From contig NC_088803.1 of NCBI RefSeq assembly GCF_011386835.1, forward strand, positions 54,808,001 through 54,872,000: a DNA stretch of 64,000 nt. The letters run 5' to 3'. The position numbers were made by a program, and so were the translations under genes. Source of the DNA: Chrysemys picta bellii. Taxonomy: Eukaryota. Shown here piece after piece: positions 17,801 through 30,027 of this stretch (position 1 is the stretch's first letter; every line of letters starts with the position of its first letter). The notes under the pieces are model-generated. The model searched no databases. It was not told where the DNA came from and was given only the letters and a program-made list of their open reading frames with translations.

Positions 17801-20800
17801 GATCGAGGGTGTCAGGGGAGACGACGGGGTTGCTGAGGAGGGAGTAATCGATGCTGATGTGCTCGTCCACCGGGCTGCGCACTGTGCCCAAGGAAGGCAG
17901 AGTCAGTCGCCCAGCGAGGCCTGAGCTTGGCCCAGCCAGGCTGACGCCCCCTCCGCCCCGTCTCTGGGCCCCTCAGTCCTGCCCCCGGCTTCTCGAGCAG
18001 AGCAGCCGCTGGGCCTAGTCTGTTACCACGGCTGCAGCCCACTGCCCCCCAGCGTGGACCTGCCCCCCAGCATGGACCTGACGCCCCCTCCGCCCCATCT
18101 CTGGGCCCCTCAGTCCTGCCCCCGGCTTCTCGCGCAGAGCAGCCGCTGGGCCTAGTCTGTTACCATGGCTGCAGCCCACTGCCCCCCCAGCACGGACCTG
18201 CCCCCCAGCACGGCAGCACAGTGCAGCTCTGCACCCAGGCTGAGCTGGGCCCAAGTCTGGTCTCGTCAGCCCAAGCCCCCGTGGCGGCCGCAGGGCCGCG
18301 GACTCACCCGACACGGTGTCCAGCAGCGAGTTCAGCTGCACAAGCCCCGCGTAGCGCAGCGCTGGGCAGATCTGAAACAGACACCACAGGCTGGGTCGGG
18401 GTCGGCGGGACGGGGGCCCCAGCACACAGCCAGGGAGCGGGATCGCCTGACGGGTGCCCCTGCAGCCTCCATGGGAGCCTCTCCCACTCCCGGGGCCCAG
18501 CCACCGACCCCCATGGGAACTGGGAACATCCTGCTCGTGGCTCCAGGAGCTGCTCGTCCTAGTGCGTCAAAGCCACAGCACAGGACAGGACTCGCTGCTG
18601 CCCCCCAGCACCAGCTCCTCTGAGGCTGCTCCGCCTGCGCCCCACCACCCCGACCCACAGCCCCCTCCCACCCCGACCTGCAGCCCCCTTCCCCCCCACC
18701 TGGCCCCCGCTTCACCTGCGCCCCACCACCCCGACCCGCAGCTCCCTCCCCGCCTGCGCCCCACCACCCCGACCCAGAGCCCCATTCCACCCCGCCTGGC
18801 CCCACTCCACCTGCGCCCCACCACCTCGACCCGCAGCCCCCTCCCACCCTGCCTGCCCCCGCTCCGCCTGTGCCCCACCACCCCGACCCATAGCCCCCTC
18901 CCACCCTGACCCACAGCCCCATTCCACCCTGCCTGACCCCTCCCCGCCTGCGCCCCACCACCCCGACCGGCAGCCCCCTTCCACTCCGCCTGGCCCTGAC
19001 TCTGCCTGTGCCCCACCACCCCGACCCCAGTTCCCTTCCATCCCGTCTGGCCCCCGCTCTGCCTGTGCCCCACCACCCCGACCCGCAGCCCCCTTCCACT
19101 CCAACCCACAGCCCCATTCCACCCCGCCTGCCCCTGTTCTGCTGACACCCCACCACCCTGACCCCAGTCCCCTTTCACCCCGCCTGCCCCCGCTCCGCCT
19201 GCACCCCACCACCCCGATCTGCAGCTACTGCCCTCATGCTGACCACAGTTCATGATTTGGGGCTGGGGGCCTGCAAGGGGGAAGTACCCGCAGTTGATAC
19301 CACTCCCTGCCTGCTGCAACCCCACTGTTTGACCCCTGTCCCGGCCCCAAGGGGGATGTCTCTGCCCACAGCGTACCTGCCGGTTGACAAGGAAGCGTAT
19401 TCCTGTGGTGGCGAAGGTAGACAGGAATTCATAGACCTTCCTGTGGAGACAGAATCACAGTCCTCAACCCCCTGCCCTCCTGCTAGGGGACCCGAGAGCC
19501 TCCTGGCCTGGGAGCAAAGGTGGCCTGGGGGGCGATGGGGCTGCTGACCAGTGGTTGGGGGCAGGGCACCGTGGGGTGGTCCCCCAGGCAGTACCTGAGT
19601 GTGCCTGTGAAGCCAGTCTGCATCCTGGCAATGGAGGCGTTGCAGGAGATGTTGGAGATCTTGAGGCGCCCGACCTTGTTCATGGACAGCTTCAGCTGGG
19701 TGCGGATGTTGACGCCTTCGGCAGAGGCGTTGATGGAGCCAATATCGTAGCTGGGAAGCAAACGGTTAAAGCAGGTGAGCAGCACCCAAGCAAACAGGCA
19801 CCTCCCCAGGGCGCCGCTGCCCCAGAGCCTGTGTGAGGGGGAGAGAGCTGAGGGGTGGGGGGCTGGCCCAGCCAGAGCCCAGTCACAGGCCCAGCACGGT
19901 GGGCATCGAGAACCTGAAGGCAAACGTCCGAGTGAGCGTCTGATCCCAACAAGGGGGAGGCCTGACCGCCCCTGGGGGGGAATGGGGAGAGGACCCAGGA
20001 CCGAACCCCGCGCGGGGGGGGGAGTGGAGGTGGAGAGGCCTGACCCCGCGCTGGGGGGGCAGAGCGGAGGGGGGGGACCTGACCCCACGCTGGGGGGCAG
20101 AGCGGAGGGGGGGAGGGGACCTGACCCCGCGCTGGGGGGACGAGCGGAGGGGGAGGGGACCTGACCCCGCGCTGGGGGGGCAGAGCGGAGGGGGGGAGGG
20201 GACCTGACCCCGCGCTGGGGGGCAGAGCGGAGGGGGGGAGGGGACCTGACCCCGCGCTGGGGGGACGAGCGGAGGGGGAGGGGACCTGACCCCGCGCTGG
20301 GGGGCAGAGCGGAGGGGGAGGGGACCTGACCCCGCGCTGGGGGGGCAGAGCGGAGGGGGGGAGGGGACCTGACCCCACGCTGGGGGGCAGAGCGGAGGGG
20401 GGGGGGACCTGACCCCACGCTGGGGGGCAGAGTGGAGGGGGAGGGGACCTGACCCCGCGCTGGGGGGACAAGCAGAGGGGGAGGGGACCTGACCCCGCGC
20501 TGGGGGGGCAGAGCGGAGGGGGTGGGGACCTGACCCCGCGCTGGGGGGGCGAGGCAGCTCACAAGAACCAGTAGAGCAGCTGGCGCCGGAAGCGCAGGCT
20601 GATGGAGGCGTTGTTGATGTTGAAGGCGAGGTGCTGCGGGGACCGGAAGTGCAGGTTGGAGAGCGCCAGCTGCAGGTCCGTCACCTTCACCCTGCGGGGG
20701 CACAGGCAGCGTCAGGCCCACGCCCCAGCCCGGTCCCCAGCATCTCTAGCTCGTGCTGAGCCATGTCGGAGTCACTGCCGTGGGAGAGGCCCCTGCACCC

Positions 20801-21608
20801 CTGGGCGGTATCACGCCCTAGAGCCTGGCTCTTCAGGGCTGCACCTAGTCCAGTGCTACCAGCCCCTCCCTGGCACCTTCCCTCCACCCACCTCCGCCCA
20901 TCCCGCGAGTCACACCCACCTGCCAGCTCCTTGCCCCTTGGCAGGCCCAGCCCGTTACACACGCTGCTGTCTCGGCCCCTCCAGCCCCAGGTCCTGCCTG
21001 TGCCTGCCCCCCCCCCCCCCCGCCCTCACTTACCCGCTGATGTTGTACTGGAACTGCCCTTCCTTCCCGTGCAGGTCAGGGATGCTGATGTGCTCCAGCT
21101 CCTGCTCCACAAAGCGCAGCCCTTCCTGCTTCACTGCAAAACAACAGCCCTGCTCTGCCCCGGCCTTGGCTCCACGGGGAGGAAAGGAGGCCCCGGCCCT
21201 TCCCCCCAACCCACCCTTCAATCCCAGGGCACTGGCCAGGCCAGGCAAGTCCTTTTCCTGGCAACCCGGATGTATGTAAACAGCCCAGACTTGCCCCAGC
21301 CCCGCTGGGCTCCTTCCCTCCCCAGGGCGGGTGGGCTAAGGACAGCGAACCATCCTGCTCCACCCCGCCGGCTCAGCACCAGCGGCAGGGAGCGTCAGAA
21401 CAGGGGGCACGCCCTGATCTGCTGCCACCCGGGGGTGCTGCTCCGGCAGCTTGTGGTTCCTGACCAGGCCAATGGACTCGGGCTCCCCCAGCTCCTTACC
21501 CAGCTCCAGGCCCTTGGAGGTGATCCGGATCTTGCACCCAGGGGTAGCAGCTCGCCCTGCAGTGACCAGCCAGGGCAGCAGCAGGAGCAGGAGGCTGCAC
21601 AGAGCCAT
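11840..21608 (-). CDS. PLTP: Phospholipid transfer protein (BPI/LBP/CETP family), 535 aa, 15 coding exons
   Basis: Exons in transcript order: 21608-21500, 21133-21034, 20691-20563, 19750-19595, 19440-19377, 18371-18308, 17881-17790, 17559-17389, 16796-16737, 16532-16368, 16170-16103, 15974-15932, 12539-12476, 12397-12321, 12085-11840. All are GT-AG and in phase (1608 nt). Signal peptide, [37 protein letters not shown] and [16 protein letters not shown] match recalled PLTP. Confidence 0.96.
12900..14365 (+). mobile_element. Degenerate CR1 ORF2 (reverse transcriptase region) in the large PLTP intron, interrupted by a MITE
   Basis: Broken-frame motifs [25 protein letters not shown] and [13 protein letters not shown], with stops and frameshifts. 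Boundaries are approximate. Confidence 0.8.
13574..13946. mobile_element. hAT MITE inserted in CR1
   Basis: TIRs CCTAGGCGCTGACTCC / GGAGTCAGCGCCTATG with a perfect 8-bp TSD TCTGTACC (13566-13573, 13947-13954). Confidence 0.88.
14829..15063 (+). mobile_element. CR1 3' end fragment with (ATTCTATG)n tail
   Basis: [46 protein letters not shown], then GGTCCCTTCCAACCCTGAGATTCTATGATTCTATGA. Confidence 0.9.
15064..15500 (+). mobile_element. Second CR1 3' fragment
   Basis: GGACTGTTCAGCTTGGAAAAGAGACGACTAAGGGGGGATATGATAGAG... is homologous to the 3730-4299 copy. The end is approximate. Confidence 0.8.
16850..17375. repeat. C-rich (G-rich on the PLTP sense strand) minisatellite filling a PLTP intron
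   Basis: Repeated CCCTGCCCCTCCTCCCCCATC / TGCATGCCCCTCCCCCTC / CACACCCAGCACCCCTG units between exons 16796 and 17389. Confidence 0.85.
17941..18210. repeat. ~137-bp tandem duplication in a PLTP intron
   Basis: CTGACGCCCCCTCCGCCCC...GCAGCCCACTGCCCCCCAGC occurs at 17941 and again at 18078. Confidence 0.85.
18630..19220. repeat. C-rich minisatellite in a PLTP intron
   Basis: Repeated GCGCCCCACCACCCCGACCC(G/A)CAGCCCC units between exons 18371 and 19377. Confidence 0.85.
20036..20550. repeat. ~40-bp G-rich VNTR (about 13 units) in a PLTP intron
   Basis: Unit GACCTGACCCC(G/A)CGCTGGGGGGCAGAGCGGAGGGGGAGGG; length varies only in the G-runs. Confidence 0.92.
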
Positions 21609-22513
21609 GGCACGTCTGGTCCTGGGGGAGACCAGAGCAGGGCTGTGAGACCGGCTGAGCAGGCAGCCGGGCACCATTCTCAGGCGCCGCGTCACTGCAC
21701 CTTCCCGCTGATGGGAGATGCCAGTGCGCCCGGCTCCCCAGTGGGCGCGGGCGGCCGGGGTGAAGGAGGCCTCCTAGCCCATTACCATCCATTGCTAACA
21801 GACTCTCGCCCAGGACCCTGGGAGCCCCCCAAGCGCCGTGGTTCCCTCCCCCTGGCAGGGAGCCTTGGCCAGACCCTCCGGCATCCTCCCTTGGTGCCCC
21901 CCTGTGACTGGCTCCCCTTCCTCCCATGCAGGTCACTTGGCTTCCCGGGCCGGGCCGGGCCCCCTGGGCCCCCTCGCCAGGGGTCTCAATGCGCAGCCCA
22001 AGAGGGGCCCGGGGAGGGACAAGGGCAGCCGCAGCGGGGCGGGGTGTGTGAGCTGCCCCGGGGGAGCCCGGCCGAGCTGGGGGGGGGGGGGTGCTGTGCG
22101 CCGCCGGCCCTGGTGCCGCACCCGAGTCCCGGGCACGGGGGTCCCCGCCTCTGGCTGCGGGCTCCGGCAGGACGAGCCGCGCTCAGCCGCTGCCCCGATC
22201 TCCCGGCCGCCTGCGCGGGGCGGGGGCTCGGCTCGCCGGCCCCTTCCCCGCCGCGGGGCCCGGCGCTGTGCCCCGGCGTCCTGCGCCCCCCACCCCGGCC
22301 TCGCGCCTGCCGCGGGGAGCCAGGGCCCGGGGCCGCGTCCAGCCCGCCCCCCCCGGCCGGCTGCAGCCCGCCCCTCCCGCGGCCTGCCCCCCCGCCCGCA
22401 CTTGCCTCTGTCCCCAGGGGAACCGGCGCTGGGCTCGGAGCGCAAAACAAATGGCTGGTGCCAGCCAGCTCCCCGAAGCAGCGCCGGGAGGGCCACGGGC
22501 ACCCCCGGGGGGG

Positions 22514-22870
22514 ATGATGGGCACCCCATCCCACAGGGGGCTATGGCCATGCCCAGACCGGGAGGGAGAGGCCATGGGCACCCCACAGGGGGCTATGGCC
22601 ATGCCCAGACCGGGAGGGGGAGGGTATGGGCACCCCACAGGGGGCTATGGCCATGCCCAGACCGGAAGGGGGAGGGTATGGGCACCCCACAGGGGGCTAT
22701 GGCCATGCCCAGACCGGGAGGGGGAGGCCATGGGCACCCCACAGGGGGCTATGGCCATGCCCAGACCGGGAGGGGGAGGGCATGGGCACCCCCAGAGGGG
22801 GGAGGGGATGATGAGCACCCACAGCGGGCTATGGGCATGCCCAGACTGGGAGGGCATGGGCACCCCCAGA
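22514..22870. repeat. 52-bp VNTR upstream of PLTP
   Basis: Unit ATGGGCACCCCACAGGGGGCTATGGCCATGCCCAGACCGGGAGGGGGAGGGT starting at 22574, 22626, 22678, 22730 and 22782, with degenerate flanking copies. Confidence 0.92.
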
Positions 22871-24098
22871 GGGGGGCCTGCTCTACCCACAGGTGTCCTG
22901 GATGCAATTGAATCAGGTTTAAAAGTGGAGCAGAGAGGGTGGGTTCCGCCCACCTGCGCCACCCAGTCCATTGGGCTTTGTTCCCGCGAGGGGCTGCGCA
23001 TTGCGCTGTACGTATCTGGGGTCGATCAGGACTGCGCGGAGCAGCTTGGAGCTTTGCCCTGGCCAGAGCTTCCCACACTCTGCCCCAGCGCCCCACGCCT
23101 CCTCATTCCCTGTCCAAGCCGGCCCATCACCCCTGCCTCCCCCTTGCTGCCTCACGTGCTCCTGGCTTTAACGCCAGCGGATTTGGGCAGATTGACATTC
23201 TTTGAAAATCCCCTTGAATCCTTGGCCCCCTCTGGGGGCTGATTATCCACAGCTGCGACAGGCCAGAGTTGTGTCAGCCTGCCCCCCAGGCACTGTGGGC
23301 AGGTCGCTTGCTCTTCCACCAGAGCTGCCAGGTCCCTCCCCAGCCCCTGCACCCAGACGTGCTCTGGAAACCAGGCTGGGGCTGGAGCAGGGGCCCCGTC
23401 CTGTAGTGCTGGGCACACTCAGAAAGCAGAAACAGGGCAGGGGGAGCTGGCTGAGCTTGGTCTCCAGGCATAGCTGCTGCGTAACCCCTCTCCATGCCCG
23501 TTTGCTGGGCCGGGAGCAGCCAGCCAGTCCACACACGTGCTTGTGAATCTGCAGGATTCAGCACACGCCATGGCAAGCAGGAGAGTGCTGCAGCCATGGG
23601 TGCCGTCACCATACCCGGCACCGGCACCAGGCTGGGCTGGCCACTGGCAGCAGCGCAGAGAGATCCGTCCCATCCCCTGCCCCGTGCTGGACACCTGATG
23701 AACAAGTTCTCCCCCAGATCCGCCTTCTCACAGCCTCACCCCCACTCATTCCAACCCGCACCTTAGCAATCGCAGCCCCAGCCAGCGCTCTCACGTCGGG
23801 ACGAGGTGAAAATCTCAGCTCTCCAATGAGGAATTCCCCCCATCCATCCAGACACCCCCGGCCGCACAGCCACCCTCCAACGGGGCGCCCTGTGCACACA
23901 GCACCTTCCACAAACACCCCCAGCTGCCCCTCTTGGGTTGTAACAGGAGCGGGGTCCTTAGCTAGCACTGGCCCTCGGGATCCCTGCAGGCACTGTACAG
24001 GGACCCCCCCTCTAGTGGGGCCCTCTCCCTCCTCTCTCTCTCACTGGTCTCTACAGCGTCTACTGGGCTCTGGCCATGGAAAGAACTTTGGGACACCC

Positions 24099-24207
24099 CT
24101 GTAGCCCACAAAAGCTTATGCTCTAATAAATGTGTTAGTCTCGAAGGTGCCACAAGTCCTCCTGGTCTTTTTGCGGATACCGACTAACACGGCTGCTCCT
24201 CTGAACC
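24099..24207 (+). mobile_element. Short terminal fragment of a Penelope-like element
   Basis: CTGTAGCCCACAAAAGCTTATGCTCTAATAAATGTGTTAGTCTCGAAGGTGCCACAAG...CTAACACGGCTGCTCCTCTGAACC resembles the abundant turtle Penelope terminus (recalled, not searched). Confidence 0.6.
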
Positions 24208-27200
24208 CCCCCCAGACACACACACTTCCCTATCTGCTTACAAAGGGCTGTCTGTGCCTGCCCCCTTTGTGTGGGCCTGGGGATTTGCCTGGCTGCACAA
24301 TACCAGCTTAATTTCTTGTACTTACAGTCCCCTGGGGTTACTTTTTCCTGGCTCTCCCCGTGCTGGGAGGCTGAATCACGTGGAGGGAGGCAGGGCAGAA
24401 GAGAACCACTGGCTCCAACAGTTTCTCAGGGGCTGGCTGTGCTTCCCCTTCCTTTATATATCCCACTGTCTGCCACTCCTCGTGAGCCCAGGGCTGGGAG
24501 GAGACAGTGGCCTGGGAGGCAGTGAGAGGCTGAGAGGATGCAGGTCTCAGGCATGCCGAGACCAGACTCTGCAAAGCCACTTTCCCCTGCCCACGGGCTG
24601 CCTGCCCAGGGCACAACGGGCCTGGGCTCACAAACATCAGCTGCCTGAGCTGCACATGCAGCCGCCTGCCCTGCTCCTTGGGGCACACAATTGCTCAGCG
24701 TGTGTGTGCAATGGCTGTGAGCACGTGTGCAAACCACAGGGCGCGGGCTCCCGAGGCCACAGCAGCACTTGCTCTGGTGCAGGGGGTGTGAAGCAGCCGG
24801 GGGTGAGGGTGGGGGCTATGTCTGCACTTAGGGGTCAGACGCGCGTTACGCTCCCCTCTATTCGCGTGTCTGAAGCGAATTCAGTGCTGGGGCCGGGTCC
24901 CTCGAGCCTATCCCCAGAGCAGGCCCAGCACAATCAGCGTCCCACCTCCATGCATCAGGCCTGACCTGGGGCCACCTCCAGGGGCAGAGGCGACCACCGA
25001 TGGGCTGGGCCCCGCTGAGGCCAGCTTGTGCTGCTCGCGAGGCAGGAGCCCGCTGGGAGCAGCCTGGTGCCCAGTCGATTGGAGCTACGCATTCAGCTCC
25101 CTAGGGGCTCTGGACACACTCCTCTGCCCAGCCCCACCCCTGCCTGTTCCCCGTGAGCCCAAAGGGAGGTGCCCAGGGCAGAGCTGAGGTTCTTAACCCC
25201 GCAGTCACCAGGGCTACCCCAGGAATGTCCATGCTCCATGCCAGAGCTGCCCCACACCCGGGTCTCACAGTCACAGGGAAAGACTCCCCAAGTGGGGTTT
25301 CCCTGGGATGGCTCCTGCTGGTTCCTTCAGTGACACTAGTGCAGATGCCACAGACTGTACGGAGAGAAACAACCTGTTGGGAGTTCTGCTCCTGGCCACA
25401 CTCCTGTCCCTGCACTGCACACAGTCACAGACTGCCAGGCCCCCTGCTCTCTCGGCTCCGTACGGTCCCTGGAAGGAACCCCCCTCAGGGTGACAGCCCT
25501 CCGTGGGGGTTAGACCCTCTGCCCAGGCCACCTCCTGGGACTGCAGCACCTCTGAGCCTTCTGCACGCCCAGCTTTCTCTGTGGGCCTCCACGGGGAGTC
25601 CCTCACTCTGGGGCCTCCCCACCCAGGGGCAGCAATGCCCCCCCGCTCTCTAGCCTGCAGTGGCCCTCAGCCAGCGTAACACAGGAAGGTTTCTTGTACA
25701 TCCGAACACAGCACAGGAAGTTCTTCGGGCCTAGAAACTCTCAGCACCATCCATCTGGGTCTGCCTCCATCCAGCAGCAACCTCCTTCCAACTGACCACC
25801 CTATATCCCCTTCCCTAGCCCCTCCTCCACCTGGGCCCGCTCTCTTCCCTCCTTTGTTCCCACTGGCCAGAACCAGCTGCCTTCCAGATCCCCAGGGTCC
25901 TCTCTCCTCAGCCCTTTGTCCTCCCACTGGCCAGAACCGGCTGGCTTCCAAGGGGGTGGGCCTCTGGGTCACCAGTTGCTACGTTCCACCCACCTGTCTA
26001 GGCCATTGTCCGGGGTCCAGGCTGCTAGGTGAGTCACAGCTGGTCCTCTGTAGCAACAAACACCCTCTCCCACCACCTCATTACACACACAGCACATGGG
26101 GCAAAGTGAGACACACACAATGTTCACGCAAAACACTAAGAAAATCCCCCTCCCTTCATCTCACACACACACAATTAGAACAATTGTGCAAGCAAATGTC
26201 CACATGGGTCTGTGTCTGATCTGCACACGATTATCACGTGCAGCTGGATAAGTGCAGGACTAATTACGAGTCTTTGTGGTAACATCACAGTAATTGCTTG
26301 TGCGTTAGCACAGCTCATGTTGCCTAAAATCTGATCCTAAGAGCCTAATAAACAAAAGGAGAATTAACAAATAAACAGCAAACTGCTATTTGCCAGGTCT
26401 GGTGCTGCAGGAAGAGCTCAGGGAATCCCATTCCCATGGAAAGCAGGAGGAAAACAGTGACTTCCCAGGTTGTTGCAAGGTAAATTTTACTAATTTCTGT
26501 TCAACTTTAGGTGCATTTGAAAGTAGCTAAACTGGGGAACCCACTGGGAAACACCACAAAAAGAGCAGTTCCCAGCGACAGGGCTGCCAGAAGTGCTGAG
26601 GGGTATTCGGAAAATCCCTTTAGGATATTTGTATGTAGAACGTCTGACTTTCCAGAGGGATGTAATGACCAGTGTGGGCATCCGAGGGCTCGGGAGATGC
26701 TGATGTGGTTTCCTGGCGCAACTTGGCCTAGCCAATGGTGGAAAGGCTGCCGTTTGGTGTGACCCAGAGGAGACCATTAACAGTGCTTTGTCTCACTCTC
26801 TCCATCTCCTTGGCTGGCAGCCCCAGCTCCCTCCTACAGGCTGGCTGTCAGGACTTCAAAGCTTCTTTGGTCAACTGGCTATTTGCAGACTAACCCTCTG
26901 TTTATGTGTGTGTGAGGGGAACCACCCATCCAGGCAGCAGGAGGCTGAGACATGTGATGAAGCCCAGCGGCTTTTGTGCAGAAAGTCCAGCGGAGCAGCA
27001 GCCATGGGTGGGCTCAGCCTCCCTCTGCAGGGAGACTCAAGGTGCGGGAGAGGACCACGTTTTAATTCTAGACGTTAAACTACCAGGGATCTAACAATTA
27101 AATCCCGAAAAGAAACCAGCCCATTGAATGTGACCACAGGGACGGAGCAAAGGGCGCTCGTTAGCTAAATGAGAGGTTCCACAACCCTAAATAGACTGGA

Positions 27201-27496
27201 GTGCTGCCGCAGGAGCAGCTGGCTGTGGGTTCCCCAAAGAACACCGCACTCTGCCCCCACCTGCAAAGTACATGCTGCAGTTCCCTCTAACCACGAGGGC
27301 AGGGCAGGCCCGTACTGGGGTGGCACTATAATCCCAGGTCCCCAGGGCCAGGTGCACACCAGCGTGTCCAAACTCTCCTTTGCTGTGAGGCCTACACAAA
27401 AATTCACAGAGGCTGGGCTGCTTGTGAGCTGAGCCCACTGCCCATCACGCAGCCCCATACTGTCTGTTTCCTTGGGCTCTCCCATCATTCTACTCA

Positions 27497-27765
27497 GGGT
27501 GTCTACACTTAAACTGCTGCAGCAGTGCCACTGTAGTGCTTCAGTGTAGACACTATGCGGATGGGAGGGCTTCTCCCATCGCTAGGTAACCACCTCCCTG
27601 AGGCGCAGCTAGGTCAGCGGAAGAATTCTTCCATGGACAGAACGCGATCTACATTAGGGCTAGATCACTCTAGCTGGGTCTCTGGTGTATGTGTGTGTGT
27701 GTGTATTTTTCACCCCCCCCCAGAGTTGTAGCTACACCAAGGTAAGTTCCTAGTGTAGACAGGCC
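27497..27765. mobile_element. PIF/Harbinger-type MITE
   Basis: Ends GGGTGTCTACACT / AGTGTAGACAGGCC, flanked by TCA/TTA. Confidence 0.6.
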
Positions 27766-27972
27766 TTAGATCGTAAGCTCTTTGCGTCAGGGACTGTCCT
27801 TTGTATTTGTACAGTACCTAGCCCCTGGGGGTGCTCTGATAATACAAATAAATAATACTGTCACCCAGCCAGCCCCACTCCTGGTTTTTTGGGTTGCTGA
27901 GCTAGCCTCACTCTGCACTATTGCATTAAAGTGAACCTTCATCTGCTTTAGTAAATGAGACACTGGAGAGGA

Positions 27973-28228
27973 AGGCCTCGTCCACACTAGGCATTTACTT
28001 TGGTATAGCTACATCTCTCAGGGGTGTGAAAAACGCAGCTATACCGACCTCATCCCCGGGGTAGCCCAACGCTAGGAGAATTCTCCTGTCAACCTAGCTA
28101 CTTCCTCTCAGGGAGGAGAATTACCTACGCCGACGGGAGAACACCTCCTCGTGGTGTGGGGAGTGTCTACATTGAAGCTCTACATAGGGGAGTTGCACTG
28201 TTGCAACGTTTTAAGTGTAGACAAGCTC
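27973..28228. mobile_element. PIF/Harbinger-type MITE
   Basis: Ends GGCCTCGTCCACACT / AGTGTAGACAAGC; degenerate TIRs of the same family. Confidence 0.55.
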
Positions 28229-28663
28229 AAAGGGTGGGCTAGTGGTCCAGGCATGGGTCTGGGGTCAGGATGCCTCGGTTCCATTGGCAGGTTCAGGAGA
28301 AAAGTGAAGTAAAGTGTTTAGAGCAGGAGCACAGAGGCAGTTGACTGGGTTTCCCATCTGACAGGCTTGCTTGGGCATTTCACAACTCTTTGCCTCAGTT
28401 CCCCTCTCTCTGAAATGGGGCTGATGATACCACTTAAGGGTGGATTTATGGGATTAATTAATGTTTGGGACATGGGTTCTCAGGGTTGATTCTGGTGTAC
28501 AAGGACCTTCACAGGGAGGAAATATTCAGTAGTAAAGGGCTCTGCAGTCTAACAGAGAAAGGTATAACAAGAACTAGGGGCCGGGAGATAAAGCTAGGCA
28601 AATTCAATTTAGAAATAAGGCACAGGTATTTAACAGTGAGGGGGATTAACCACCGGAACAAAC

Positions 28664-30027
28664 TGTGACACTGTCAGACCAGGTGCCAGCTCAGGCCAAG
28701 GTCCCCATTCCTCAACTGAACCCTGACAGACACCTAGCTGGAGCCAGTCCGGCCCGCCTGGGTGTTAGTAATGTTAAAATAGGAAGTATAGGAACGTGTT
28801 GAGAGTTTAGTCTATTGAAGGCTGGAGCATTAATCTCACATGTAGCATCTGTATCCCATAGTGTAAGGAAATGCTTGAGCATTTGCATTGTAAGCCGTTG
28901 TAACTGTAACTCTCCAGGTAGGAGAGGGACAGGAACCAGTGTGAAATGCTGGTCTCCAACACGTGTTATGTCCTGCCTGACAGAGAAGGCCCAGTAACAC
29001 CTAGGGTGACCAGACAGAAAGTGTGAAAAATCGGGACGGGTGGTAATAGGTGCCTATATAAAAGAAAGCCCCAACTATCGGGACTGTCCCTATAAAATCA
29101 GGACATCTGGTCACCCTAGCAACACCAGATGGACTGAAGTGGAATGTTAGAGAGGATACAGAGTTTGCTGTTTACTCTCCCCCTTCCCTCCCCCATGAAG
29201 ATGAGTCTTGCAAGCACGGCTTAAATTCAGCCGGAGCCCACCGCAGCAGGAGCTCTGGTAAATATTTTCAAACTCCCAGGAGCCCTGGCACCTCCCACAG
29301 GGTTTCAGCCTGCAGAAGGCCCCAGGGCTTGTGGCCTCAGCCCTGCAGTGCGTGCTGGGACTCAGGGCTTCAGCCCCAATGTGAGCCCCCCCCCACTCCC
29401 CCCACGGGGCTCCAGTAAATAATTGTCGAGAACTTAAGCCCCACTTGCAAGTGAATTCCTCCCATCAACTGAGCTTGCAGTTCAAAGCAGAAGTGGAAAA
29501 GGGAATAAAAACCCCTGACAAGGAGTATCTTTATGCTGCTTGGACTGTGGGGACAAGATTTCTAGGCATAAGCAAAAAATTCCCAGTGCTTTGCTTGGGT
29601 TAGCCCTAAAGGACATCTAGAGCTTGCTTATTGTAGAAGTTTCTGTTATTTTTGAAGCTTGAGGTTTGTGTGTGTTTGCCTGCTTTAACCTTGTAAATAT
29701 CTCCTATTTCCTTTTCCTAGTTAATAATCTTTAGCTAGGTTATTATAGTATTGACTACAAGCAATGTCTGTGGTGTGAGATCTAAAGTACAATTGACCTG
29801 GGTAAGTGACTGGTCCTTGAACCCAAATGTTGCTGTGATACTCAATGTAAGGGACCATGTCACAAAGGCAGGGTCCCCTGGGTGGCGAGACAGACCAGAG
29901 TGCCCACGGAGACGCTGTGATGCTCTGGTTAGGCTGTTACGGAGTTTGCACTTGATCGCTGGTTGGGAACAGTCTGCCCTGAGCTTAGTACTCACTCTCT
30001 TGAGCCTCTGCAGGACAGTTTGCCACA
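28664..30027. mobile_element. Probable solo LTR
   Basis: Begins TGTGACA and ends GCCACA, flanked by (A)AAC on both sides. It cleanly interrupts the CR1 fragment and has no coding capacity. Confidence 0.6.
29002..29118. mobile_element. 117-bp hAT MITE inside the LTR
   Basis: TIRs TAGGGTGACCAGA / TCTGGTCACCCTA; TSD GTAACACC / GCAACACC (1 mismatch). Confidence 0.85.

Noticed and set aside
20036-22870. Regular tandem arrays that could be mistaken for CRISPR arrays
   Set aside because: Units are head-to-tail with no unique spacers, there are no cas genes, and the context is spliced eukaryotic genes.
20763-23242. Long ORFs in GC-rich DNA (584 aa at 20763-22517, 383 aa at 22091-23242, 412 aa at 19483-20721 and similar ones at 2390, 15646, 33469 and 59018)
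   Set aside because: They are low-complexity Pro/Gly/Ala/Arg translations of CpG islands, minisatellites or the antisense of real exons. They contain no recognisable domains, and stop codons are simply rare at this GC content.
24835-24873. CpG-rich hairpin TCAGACGCGCG...CGCGTGTCTGA
   Set aside because: The ~11-bp imperfect stem is too short for a pre-miRNA, and nothing else supports an ncRNA.
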